Of a DNA stretch of 48,601 bases, positions 38,633-47,072 are shown piece after piece; the stretch's first letter is position 1; each line of letters starts with the position of its first letter. Under the pieces are notes generated by a model. The model had not been told where the DNA came from, did no database searches, and saw only the letters and a program-made list of their open reading frames with translations. The DNA comes from Eubacteriales bacterium (GTDB lineage Bacteria; Bacillota; Clostridia; Oscillospirales; SIG627): assembly GCA_045657125.1 (NCBI GenBank), contig JAZOSM010000009.1:1-48601 (forward strand), given 5' to 3'. Position numbers and translations under genes: made by a program.

Positions 38633-39310
38633 ATGAAAAGAATTGTAGCACTGTTATTATTGGCAAGTTTGGTATTATCCCTGTGTTCCTGCAAGGAAAA
38701 ATCCGCCGATGTTTCAACCGCGGAGAACGCGACCGCCGAAACTGTTGAGAAAAAGCTTTCTCCTGCAGAAAAGATTGATAACTACGTTATGCAAAAGGGT
38801 GTTCAAAATGGCGAAGAATACGTTCTTGACTGCCCCGAGGTTGCAGCAAAATTTTCCGAATATGATTTTACCATTTCCAAGATGAATGGTGACAATGACA
38901 AAGCTTCTCTTAAATGTGAGTTTAAGGTTATTAAAGGCGCTGACGGCATCCGACTGGAACTGCTTGATTCTTCTCTCACCTTTAACGGGATCAAGCTTGA
39001 ACGCTCCGTTGTAATCTATCCCAACGATACTTTTGACTACAAAAACAGCATTGTTCTGGATGGCGCCAATATGAGCGTTCATCTTCAGGGAGAATTTTTC
39101 TCGGAATCATATGATAAGGATACCATGCCCGTCATTACCAAATCGGAATTTGTCGGCGGCGCTTCCTTGAGTGACACGGTGAAAAAGGTAATGAAGCAAT
39201 ACGTTGATCTTGCACTGGATTCCTATTCCTGCGTCCTTGCGGATTCTGAACTGAATCTCACCTTATCCGACGTAGGATACGTCAAATATCTCCCCCAGCA
39301 AGCACTTTAA
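38633..39310 (+). CDS. Lipoprotein, function unknown
   Basis: Lipobox MKRIVALLLLASLVLSLCSC; GAAGGAG RBS. No recognisable domain. Confidence 0.7.
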   Translation: MKRIVALLLLASLVLSLCSCKEKSADVSTAENATAETVEKKLSPAEKIDNYVMQKGVQNGEEYVLDCPEVAAKFSEYDFTISKMNGDNDKASLKCEFKVIKGADGIRLELLDSSLTFNGIKLERSVVIYPNDTFDYKNSIVLDGANMSVHLQGEFFSESYDKDTMPVITKSEFVGGASLSDTVKKVMKQYVDLALDSYSCVLADSELNLTLSDVGYVKYLPQQAL

Positions 39311-39316
39311 ACTAGC

Positions 39317-39346
39317 AAAAAAGGAGCCGAAAGGCTCCTTTTTTTA
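39317..39346. terminator. Bidirectional terminator between convergent genes
   Basis: AAAAAAGGAGCC-GAAA-GGCTCCTTTTTTT; symmetric A/T runs on both sides. Confidence 0.8.
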
Positions 39347-39362
39347 TCCCTAATGGAGGGGA

Positions 39363-39932
39363 TTATTTTAAAAAGAAGGGCTGAAGCTGGTGACCGCTGA
39401 GGGCGGCGTCTATGGCAAAGGGGAGTAGGGTCGGGTCAAAGCAGAGGGAGGCAGGCTTTTCATCGGGGGCGTCCTGCTTCATCGGGACGAAAAAGACGCC
39501 TTTTTTATCGGTCATAATCCCCAAACTTTTGGAAGAGCCTGAGAGGGCGTCGTTGGTGGAGAGGGCGACGAGCAGTTTTCCGCCTCTGCGCCGATGGGAT
39601 TTTGCCGCCATGGTGACACAGGTATCGGTAATGCCCAGCGCCATTTTGGAAAGAGTGTTTCCCGTGCAGGGACAGATTACCAAAAGATCCAGCATATTTT
39701 TCGGTCCCAGTGGTTCTACGTCCGTAATGGTTTGGAGAGGGGGCATCCCGCAAATGGATTCCAAGCGCTCCAATACTTCTTCCTTTTTGAAAAAGCGTGT
39801 ATCGGTGCCTGCCACGCGCTCCGACACAATGGGGAGCAGATTGTATCGATTTTTCAAAACCTCCATTGCCGCGAAGGTTTTTTCCAGAGTGCAAAAAGAC
39901 CCTGTCAAGGCAAAGCCTATGGTTTGTTTCAT
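39363..39932 (-). CDS. dpaB: Dipicolinate synthase subunit B (flavoprotein family)
   Basis: MKQTIGFALTGSFCT...VICPCTGNTLSKMALGITD...ALSTNDAL is the SpoVFB pattern. ATGA overlap with dpaA. Confidence 0.85.
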   Translation of the reverse strand: MKQTIGFALTGSFCTLEKTFAAMEVLKNRYNLLPIVSERVAGTDTRFFKKEEVLERLESICGMPPLQTITDVEPLGPKNMLDLLVICPCTGNTLSKMALGITDTCVTMAAKSHRRRGGKLLVALSTNDALSGSSKSLGIMTDKKGVFFVPMKQDAPDEKPASLCFDPTLLPFAIDAALSGHQLQPFFLK

Positions 39933-40711
39933 AAGGAACTCCTTGGTTGTAATGTAGAAAGGACGCTTTCGATAAGGTCCCAAAGGGCATCAGCTTCCGA
40001 AGCGGGGCAATATTTCCCGGGAAGTCCGTGCAGGGGAATGAACCGAATTCCTCGGTCCTGCAGCATCTGTGCATCAATGCCTGAAAGACCGCTTGCTATT
40101 TGGAAAAAGAAGCTGTCCTGCCCCATCGTGGAGAGAAAATCGGGAGAAAAAACAAAATCGGGCACGGTGTTGATTACGGCATCGAACATACCAAGTCCTT
40201 TTTCGGGGGCAGGGAAGACGTTGAAGCCGTCTCGGTGCGCCCGTGCCTGACCGCGCTCTCTTGACCATACCCAAATCTCTGCACCGCAAAGCCAAAAAAG
40301 ACGCGCAATGGCACTGCCGCAATTCCCGTAGCCGTAAACGAGAATGCAAAGCTGATCCAAACGGCGGTCTGTGTGAGAAATGACCTCTGCCAAGGCGCCC
40401 TCGGCGGTATGTACGGCGTTTTGGAGAAGATAAATCTCGTTTTCCAAGAGGCCTGTCGCGAGAATGCCTTTTTCAGATGCGGCGGCTTTGAGGAGTGGCG
40501 TCGTTTTCCCTGTAAATACAAGACTTCCCGCAGGAACGGCTTCCAAAGCGCGGAGGAGTTCTTGCTCCGTCATCCCAAAAGGAAAGAGGAAAATCCCTTG
40601 TTCTGCAGGGGGCGTGTGGGTATATTCGATAAGGTGAAAGCCCTTTTCCGCGGCGTGTTTTCCGAGAAAAGAGAAACGCAAATCGCTGGTTTTCGGCAGT
40701 ATGAATTTCAT
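39929..40711 (-). CDS. dpaA: Dipicolinate synthase subunit A
   Basis: Rossmann motif ILVYGYGNCGSAIARLF. Size and position upstream of dpaB fit. ATG 40711 (MKFILPK) follows an AAGGGAG RBS. Confidence 0.8.
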   Translation of the reverse strand: MKFILPKTSDLRFSFLGKHAAEKGFHLIEYTHTPPAEQGIFLFPFGMTEQELLRALEAVPAGSLVFTGKTTPLLKAAASEKGILATGLLENEIYLLQNAVHTAEGALAEVISHTDRRLDQLCILVYGYGNCGSAIARLFWLCGAEIWVWSRERGQARAHRDGFNVFPAPEKGLGMFDAVINTVPDFVFSPDFLSTMGQDSFFFQIASGLSGIDAQMLQDRGIRFIPLHGLPGKYCPASEADALWDLIESVLSTLQPRSSL

Positions 40712-40739
40712 GGTGAATCTCCCTTCTTTTTCCACATTT

Positions 40740-40766
40740 TATTTTATGCAAATCCCCGATCTTTGT
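40740..40766 (-). promoter_or_regulatory. Sigma-K-like promoter candidate for dpaAB
   Basis: The minus strand reads AC (40766-40765), 16 nt, CATAAAATA (40748-40740). This matches AC-N16/17-CATAnnnTA. It lies ~29 nt upstream of the ATG at 40711. Confidence 0.4.
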
Positions 40767-40790
40767 TCGGATTTTTTGGGAAAAGAACAC

Positions 40791-40819
40791 TTGATTTCCC
40801 GAGGATTCTTCTATATAAT
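40791..40819 (+). promoter_or_regulatory. Sigma-A type promoter for the ceramidase-like lipoprotein pair
   Basis: TTGATT (40791-40796), 17-nt spacer, TATAAT (40814-40819). Confidence 0.65.
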
Positions 40820-40877
40820 AAACATGGAAAATGCGTTTTTACGCGGTGAAAAGCAACAGAAAATGAGAGGGAATAAT

Positions 40878-42353
40878 ATGAAACGAATTTTATTTTCGGC
40901 TTTGTCTTGGATTTTGGTGCTGAGCACTTTTACCTCCTGCGCCTCCTCCTCTCTTGTAGCAGAAGAAACAGAGGAGAATTATACAACCACCGCGGAAGTG
41001 GTGGAGGTAAAAAAAGAAAAGCGTGACCCTACGGGCTTTGCCGCAGGGTTTTCCCGCGAGGTCATTACACCGAAAACCTCCGTGGGAATGGCAGGCTACG
41101 GCAATACCGAGTTTCGCAGATCTACCGTAGTGGAGCGTGATTTGACCGTATCCTGTACCGCACTCTCCGACGGAGAAAATACGGCGCTGTTTCTTTCCGT
41201 GGACGTGATCGGTCTTTCCGATCAAATCTGCAATAATATTTACAAACAGATTGAAAGTGCATTGGGAATCAAGTCAGAGTTTGTAATCCTCAATGCCACC
41301 CATTGCCACTCCGGTCCGGATCTTTCCAGCACCGGTGACGATTCTATCGCTATTTATTTGCGAACCTTTTATCCCGCGGTACTGAAAGCGGCGAAGGGTG
41401 CCATCGCGGATTTGGACCGCTGTGAAATGAAGATCGGCAGAGCAGAAACCCATGAACTGAATTATGTTCGCCGTTGTTTTAAGTCGGACGGAAGCTTGGT
41501 TGCAGACTGCGTAATCAATCTCAGCAATGCACCCGTTGTTCGTCACGAGACGGACGTCGATGAAGAAATGCAGCTTTTGATGTTTGACCGCGTCAACGGC
41601 AAGGATATTCTTTTGATGAACTGGCAGTGCCACGTGACTGCCGCAGGCGGCAGAGAAAAGACCGTTATTTCTCCCGATTTCGTAGGCGTTTTGCGCGATC
41701 AGATGGAAAAGGAAGCGGGGGTGCATTTTGCCTATCATCAAGGTGCCGCCGCAAACATCGAGCCCAACAGCTATATTGAGTCCGAGCCCGACAATCGCGA
41801 TTATAAAGCCCACGGGGCAAAGATTGCCGCAGTTGCCCTTGCTGCTCTTGAAAATATGGAAGCCGTTCCCGGCGGAAAGATCCGTGCGGTGAGAAAGACC
41901 GTAAGCTGTGAGCACGATTTGGACGTTTCCGCGTACAATCTGCAAGAGGCACAGCAGATCACAGATCTGAAAAATGCAAATGACTTTGCGAAAGCCAAAG
42001 CTCTTTGCATCGATTACGGATATAACTCTCCCTACCACGCCGGCGCGGTGGTTGCCAGAAGCAAAAGGACTACGACCGAGACGGAAATCTCCATTTCCGC
42101 AATTGCCGTAGGGGATATCGGATTTATCGCGGCACCTTACGAGATGTTTGATACCAACGGTATGCAGATCAAAGAAAAATCCTCTTATACCATGACCTTT
42201 GTTTGCGCCTATTCGGGCGGCAGATGCGGCTATATTCCGTCCTCCTTGGCTTGGGAAAGCGGAGGCTATGAGGTGGATACCTGTAAATTTGTCCGCGGAA
42301 CGGGTGAAATGCTGGTGGATGAATTCGTGGGACTTTTAAATGAAATGAAGTGA
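40878..42353 (+). CDS. Lipoprotein, neutral/alkaline ceramidase N-terminal-domain-like hydrolase (paralog 1)
   Basis: Lipobox MKRILFSALSWILVLSTFTSC with a GAGAGGG RBS; ATG 40878 is preferred over the track start 40701. Pattern GFAAGFSREVITPKTSVGMAGYGN...LTVSCTALSDGENTALFLSVDVIG...LNATHCHSGPD recalls the ceramidase family. Confidence 0.55.
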   Translation: MKRILFSALSWILVLSTFTSCASSSLVAEETEENYTTTAEVVEVKKEKRDPTGFAAGFSREVITPKTSVGMAGYGNTEFRRSTVVERDLTVSCTALSDGENTALFLSVDVIGLSDQICNNIYKQIESALGIKSEFVILNATHCHSGPDLSSTGDDSIAIYLRTFYPAVLKAAKGAIADLDRCEMKIGRAETHELNYVRRCFKSDGSLVADCVINLSNAPVVRHETDVDEEMQLLMFDRVNGKDILLMNWQCHVTAAGGREKTVISPDFVGVLRDQMEKEAGVHFAYHQGAAANIEPNSYIESEPDNRDYKAHGAKIAAVALAALENMEAVPGGKIRAVRKTVSCEHDLDVSAYNLQEAQQITDLKNANDFAKAKALCIDYGYNSPYHAGAVVARSKRTTTETEISISAIAVGDIGFIAAPYEMFDTNGMQIKEKSSYTMTFVCAYSGGRCGYIPSSLAWESGGYEVDTCKFVRGTGEMLVDEFVGLLNEMK

Positions 42354-42370
42354 ACAAAAGGAGAAAAACG

Positions 42371-43846
42371 ATGAAACGGATTTTATTTTCAGCTTTGGCT
42401 TTGGTTTTGCTTCTGAGCGTCCTCACTTCCTGTGCTTCCTCCTCTCTTGCGGCGGAACAAACGGGTGCGACGGCGACCTCTACGGCGGAAACAGGTGCGC
42501 AGAAAAAAGAAAAGCGTGATCCTACGGGCTTTGCCGCAGGCTACTCCCGTGTGGTGATCAATCCTACCAGTGCAGTGGGAATGGGCGGCTACGGTAATAC
42601 CGAATTTCGTCGTTCCACCTCTGTGGGAAGTAATATTACCGTTTCTTGTACCGCCGTTTCCGACGGAGAAAAAACGGCTTTGTTTTTCTGCATTGACGTT
42701 TTGTCACTGGGGATAAACAACGTTGAGAATATCTATAAGCAGGTGAAGAACGCCCTGGGCATTGAGGCGGAATATATTACTCTTTCCGCAACCCACTCCC
42801 ACGCGGCTCCCGCGATCAGTACCGACAGTGATGAATCGGTTGCCAATTATTTGAGAATTTTCTATCCCGGTGTTTTGAAGGCGGCAAAGGAAGCGGTGGC
42901 GGATCTGGATCGCTGTGAAATGAAGATCGGTCGCACCACTACCACGGATTTGAGCTACGTGCGCCGCTATTTCCGCGAGGACGGAACCTTCTACGGAACC
43001 AACTACGTATCCGACAGCAAATCTCCCGTGGTAAAGCACGAGACGGAAGTGGATAACGAAATGCAGCTTTTGATGTTTGACCGCGTCAACGGCAAGGACA
43101 TTTTGATGGCCAACTGGCAGTGCCACGTAACCACCGCGGGCGGCCGCGACAATACCATTCTTTCTGCTGACTGGGTAGGCGCTATGCGCGATGAAATCGA
43201 AAAAGAAGCAAACGTTCATTTTTCCTATCATCAGGGCGGCGCGGGAAACGTAGTTCCCAATAGCTTTATTTCTTCCGAGCCTTCCAATTCGGATTACAAC
43301 GTTCACGGAGTAAAGCTTGCCAAGGTTGCGCTGGAAGCGGTGGGACAGATGGAAACCGTTCCTACGGGAAAAATCCGCGCTGTGAAAAAGACCTTGACCT
43401 GTGAGCACGATCTGGACGTTTCCATGTACGATCTGCAAAAGGCACAGGAGATCGTCGATCCTTACCGTGCAGGAAATTACGATAAGGCAAAGGGACTTTG
43501 TCTCCAGAACGGATATAATTCTCCCTACCACGCCAATGCGGTTGTGAACAAGAGCAAGAGAACCGAAAAGAGCACTGCCATGGAGGTGCACGCCGTTGCC
43601 ATCGGTGATATCGGCTTTGCCGTGGCGCCTTACGAAATGTTTGATACCAACGGTCAGCAGATCAAAAAGGATTCTCCTTATACCATGACCTTTGTCTGCG
43701 CATACTCCAACGGATCTTACGGCTATATTCCCTCCGCCATCGCCTGGCCCAACGGCGGCTACGAGGTAGATACCTGTAAATACGTAAAGGGCACCGGCGA
43801 GATGATCGCAGGGGAACTTGTTTCCATGCTGACGGAACTGAAGTGA
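42371..43846 (+). CDS. Lipoprotein, ceramidase-like hydrolase (paralog 2)
   Basis: Lipobox MKRILFSALALVLLLSVLTSC with an AAGGAG RBS. Collinear with paralog 1 (GFAAGYSRVVINPTSAVGMGGYGN...LSATHSHAAP). Confidence 0.55.
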   Translation: MKRILFSALALVLLLSVLTSCASSSLAAEQTGATATSTAETGAQKKEKRDPTGFAAGYSRVVINPTSAVGMGGYGNTEFRRSTSVGSNITVSCTAVSDGEKTALFFCIDVLSLGINNVENIYKQVKNALGIEAEYITLSATHSHAAPAISTDSDESVANYLRIFYPGVLKAAKEAVADLDRCEMKIGRTTTTDLSYVRRYFREDGTFYGTNYVSDSKSPVVKHETEVDNEMQLLMFDRVNGKDILMANWQCHVTTAGGRDNTILSADWVGAMRDEIEKEANVHFSYHQGGAGNVVPNSFISSEPSNSDYNVHGVKLAKVALEAVGQMETVPTGKIRAVKKTLTCEHDLDVSMYDLQKAQEIVDPYRAGNYDKAKGLCLQNGYNSPYHANAVVNKSKRTEKSTAMEVHAVAIGDIGFAVAPYEMFDTNGQQIKKDSPYTMTFVCAYSNGSYGYIPSAIAWPNGGYEVDTCKYVKGTGEMIAGELVSMLTELK

Positions 43847-43852
43847 AAAAAG

Positions 43853-43884
43853 AAATGCTCCACCTGTGGGTGGAGCATTTTTCT
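43853..43884. terminator. Terminator between convergent genes
   Basis: AAATGCTCCAC / GTGGAGCATTT with a 6-nt loop, followed by TTTTTC. Confidence 0.75.
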
Positions 43885-43885
43885 G

Positions 43886-44698
43886 TTAAAAATCGGACAA
43901 ACTGCGGAATTTGGATGGGGGAAGGGCTGTGAAGCGGTGAAATGCGCGTGAGAAGTACAGCGGATCGGAAAAGCCAACCGCCTCTGCGATTTCACCAATG
44001 GAAAGCGGGGAAAAGCGAAGAAGATTCTTTGCTTTTTCCATACGGGTTTTCAAAATGAATTTCGTGGGAGGCATTCCCACGTGGCTTGTAAAAAGCTTGG
44101 AAAAATAATTGGGATTGAGGAAGGCTCGGGCGGCGAGGGCTTCCACGGTGAGATTGGCATCGGAAAAATGCTCGGCAATGTAATCGACTGCATCGGATAC
44201 GATTTTGTTTTGGGGAATGGTGTTTTCTGCTTTGGATACGGCGCCCAGCAGGTCGTAAAGCAGGGATAGGGCAGAAAGCTTGCTTTTCAGATCTTCCTTT
44301 GGTGCGATGGAAAACAGCTCCTTGAGAATGTCTGTGACGGCTTGAGGATTTGCAATCTCGGTGATCGGATGACTCCGAGAGAAGCCCATTAAGGGGAGGA
44401 GCTGGTCCAATTGCGCTCCCGTCAGCGTGACCCACCGTATGCTCCAGGGCTTATCCGATCGTGTGGTGTAGCAGGCGCCGGATTCGGGAAACATTACGTA
44501 AAAGTCACCCGTTTTCAACGGCATTTTTTTGCCTTCCGCCAAAAGTACCGCTTCTCCGTCTACAACGTAGGTGAGCAGATATGCTTTCTGTGTATGGGTG
44601 TATTTATGATTGACGGAGTTTTCTCTCTTTCCGCAATAAAGCAGGGTAAGATCTCCGCAAAATTGAAAATTAAAAAAGCGGTCCTGAAATGAATTCAT
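43886..44698 (-). CDS. AraC family transcriptional regulator (cupin-like sensor plus HTH)
   Basis: C-terminal AraC HTH (VEALAARAFLNPNYFSKLFTSHVGMPPTKFILKTRMEKAKNLLRFSPLSIGEIAEAVGFSDPLYFSRAFHRFT). ATG 44698 (MNSFQDRFF) follows a GGGAGGA RBS. Confidence 0.85.
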   Translation of the reverse strand: MNSFQDRFFNFQFCGDLTLLYCGKRENSVNHKYTHTQKAYLLTYVVDGEAVLLAEGKKMPLKTGDFYVMFPESGACYTTRSDKPWSIRWVTLTGAQLDQLLPLMGFSRSHPITEIANPQAVTDILKELFSIAPKEDLKSKLSALSLLYDLLGAVSKAENTIPQNKIVSDAVDYIAEHFSDANLTVEALAARAFLNPNYFSKLFTSHVGMPPTKFILKTRMEKAKNLLRFSPLSIGEIAEAVGFSDPLYFSRAFHRFTALPPSKFRSLSDF

Positions 44699-44816
44699 AA
44701 TATTCCTCCCGTGAAAGTGTAGCACGAAAAAGCGAATTTGTCCATATAAATATGAGATTTTGTACTTGAAAAGAGAAGATCTTTCCTATAAAATTACCTT
44801 GAGAGGAGTGATTGTA

Positions 44817-47027
44817 ATGGATCGCAAAACACTGACCTTAAAAATCAAACAAATGGCGTTGGATCTCGGTGCGGATATGGTGGGAGTTGCCTCCGTAAAT
44901 CGCTTTGACGGAATGCCTGCAATGCTTCGTCCGACTGCCCATCTGCCTGAGGCAAAATCGGTAGTCTGCCTTGGAATACATCATCCCGATGCTTCGGTGG
45001 ATTGGTGCGGTGAGCCCAATCCGAATTTCCCTGCGGCTTTCCAGATCGGTATGATCCCGAAATTGGATGAAATTTGTTTCCGTATGTGCAAATGGCTGGA
45101 GAAAGAGGGGTATCCCACCATCTGTCAGCCCTGCACCACTTACTGGAGACACCGCAAATACAAGGATATTCCCTATGAGCATACTGCGGCTTGGAACCAT
45201 ATGCCTGCTTTTGTTGCCGCAGGACTCGGTGAATACGGCTATCACGGTATGGTAATGTCTCCCGAATACGGACCGAGACAGAGAATCATTTCTTTTATTA
45301 CCTCTGCCGATCTTGAGCCGGACGAATTGTATCACGGAGATCCGCTTTGTGATTTGTGTCTTGGTTGCGCCAAGCACTGCGCGGGACAGAACTATAAAAC
45401 GTCTCGCCTCAACGAGCCGAAATTTTTCGATTTTACCATTGAGGGAAAGCATTTTCGCTATCCCAATATCAACCGCTGGCGCTGTTTCTACGGCGAGCAG
45501 GCGCATTTGGATACCAATCTTTTGGCGGATATTGACCATATGGACGAGGAGAAGATCTACGAGTCTGTAGAGAAGGGCGTTCGTGTTCCCAACCACGGCT
45601 ATATGTGCAGTTCCTTTAAGCATTGTATGACGCCGAAAAAGCGTTATTTAGATCCCTCATATACCCCGGGAGCACTTCGCAAAAAGGAAAAAATCGAAAA
45701 AAGCAAGGAAGAACTTTTAGCAAAGATCAAGGAGCTTTCCATTGCGGCAGGTGCAGACCGTATCAGCATTCGCCCTCTGTCCGATTTTTGCGAATTGAAG
45801 GGTAATATTGCCCCCGGTTTCCGCACGGAGCAGTTTTTCGATACCTTTAAGACGGTTATTACCGTTGGCCGCAAGACCAATTTGTTCCCGATGGATAACG
45901 ATTTCAACCGCCGCAACCGCAAACACTTGCACGCATCCATTCTGGACCGTCTTTCCTGTATGGCAATCGACGTGACCCGTTATTTGGATGATCTTGGCTA
46001 CGAGGCGATTCAGGATTGGTCCGCAACGGGCTTTTCTCGAAAGGCATCTGTTGATGCAGGCTGGGAAAGCGAGGGAGAACGGGTAGAGCTTTCCGCGGTG
46101 ATTTGCAATATTCCTTTTGATTCCTGCAACGAGATCCTGAGAGAGTGGAAGGACGAGGTGGTTCCCAATCTTTCTCCCGAAAATCCCATGTTTGAGAATA
46201 TGGATGCCGTTTCCGTGGGAAGACTGGACGACGTAACCTACGGCGGTATGGATTTTGTCCGCGAGAGATTCCCCGGTATGAAGTCCATCGTGGTACTTGC
46301 TGAAAGTCTGCCGGAGAGGGTCGTGGAACTTGCAGGCGTTCAGGAGGCAGAGGATGGATCGGCATACGCGTATGCGCACTACGAGATCCATAAGGAATGT
46401 ATTTGGGCGGGTGTCGATCTGTACAGCACCTTAAAGGCGCAGGGCTATGAAGCCTTCGTTGTGGGGGATCTGGCTTACGACGTTCCCGTCACCATCGGAA
46501 AATTCGGTCGGCATATGCCCGATCTTCGCGGAAACGCGCCTTTTGCCGTAGCCGCGGGACTTGGTGCTCTCGGTAAGGGGGGAATGGTCGTTCATCCCGA
46601 ATTCGGACCCCGAATGCGCTTTGTCTTCGTTTTGACGGATGCAGAGCTGACTCCTACCAAAACGGATTTTGCGCCTCTTTGTCCCAAGAAGTGCAAAGCT
46701 TGTGCAACCGCTTGTCCCATGTCGGCACTTTTGGATGAGACGGAAATGGTAACCATTCGCGACGGTCTTTCTTTTCCCGTTTTGAAGCGTGATGAGACCC
46801 GCTGCGCGTGGGCGCGGTCTTTGGCTATGTGTGAGGGGGCAGGATCTGCACAGCTGGGATGGAAATTGCCCGATCTTCCCGTGCCCGAAAAACTGGATGA
46901 GGAGACGGTGAAGCAGGTGCAGGATCAGAAGGACAAGATCCAAACCCTTTGCTATCAGAATCCCCATTTTATCGACATCGTCATCGAGCGCTGTCTGCAA
47001 AACTGTCCAATCGGAAAAAAGAAGTAA
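44817..47027 (+). CDS. Iron-sulfur protein with two tandem QueG / reductive-dehalogenase-like halves
   Basis: ATG 44817 follows GAGAGGAG. Each half opens with the QueG-type pattern (IKQMALDLGADMVGVASVNRF...AKSVVCLGIHHPD, then IKELSIAAGADRISIRPLSDF). Cys motifs CDLCLGCAKHC and CPKKCKACATACP are 4Fe-4S type. Confidence 0.6.
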   Translation: MDRKTLTLKIKQMALDLGADMVGVASVNRFDGMPAMLRPTAHLPEAKSVVCLGIHHPDASVDWCGEPNPNFPAAFQIGMIPKLDEICFRMCKWLEKEGYPTICQPCTTYWRHRKYKDIPYEHTAAWNHMPAFVAAGLGEYGYHGMVMSPEYGPRQRIISFITSADLEPDELYHGDPLCDLCLGCAKHCAGQNYKTSRLNEPKFFDFTIEGKHFRYPNINRWRCFYGEQAHLDTNLLADIDHMDEEKIYESVEKGVRVPNHGYMCSSFKHCMTPKKRYLDPSYTPGALRKKEKIEKSKEELLAKIKELSIAAGADRISIRPLSDFCELKGNIAPGFRTEQFFDTFKTVITVGRKTNLFPMDNDFNRRNRKHLHASILDRLSCMAIDVTRYLDDLGYEAIQDWSATGFSRKASVDAGWESEGERVELSAVICNIPFDSCNEILREWKDEVVPNLSPENPMFENMDAVSVGRLDDVTYGGMDFVRERFPGMKSIVVLAESLPERVVELAGVQEAEDGSAYAYAHYEIHKECIWAGVDLYSTLKAQGYEAFVVGDLAYDVPVTIGKFGRHMPDLRGNAPFAVAAGLGALGKGGMVVHPEFGPRMRFVFVLTDAELTPTKTDFAPLCPKKCKACATACPMSALLDETEMVTIRDGLSFPVLKRDETRCAWARSLAMCEGAGSAQLGWKLPDLPVPEKLDEETVKQVQDQKDKIQTLCYQNPHFIDIVIERCLQNCPIGKKK

Positions 47028-47030
47028 ACA

Positions 47031-47067
47031 AAAAAAGATGCTTGGAAGATCCAAGCATCTTTTTTTC
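47031..47067. terminator. Bidirectional terminator between convergent genes
   Basis: AAAAAAGATGCTTGGA-AGA-TCCAAGCATCTTTTTTT. Confidence 0.85.
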
Positions 47068-47072
47068 TTGTG

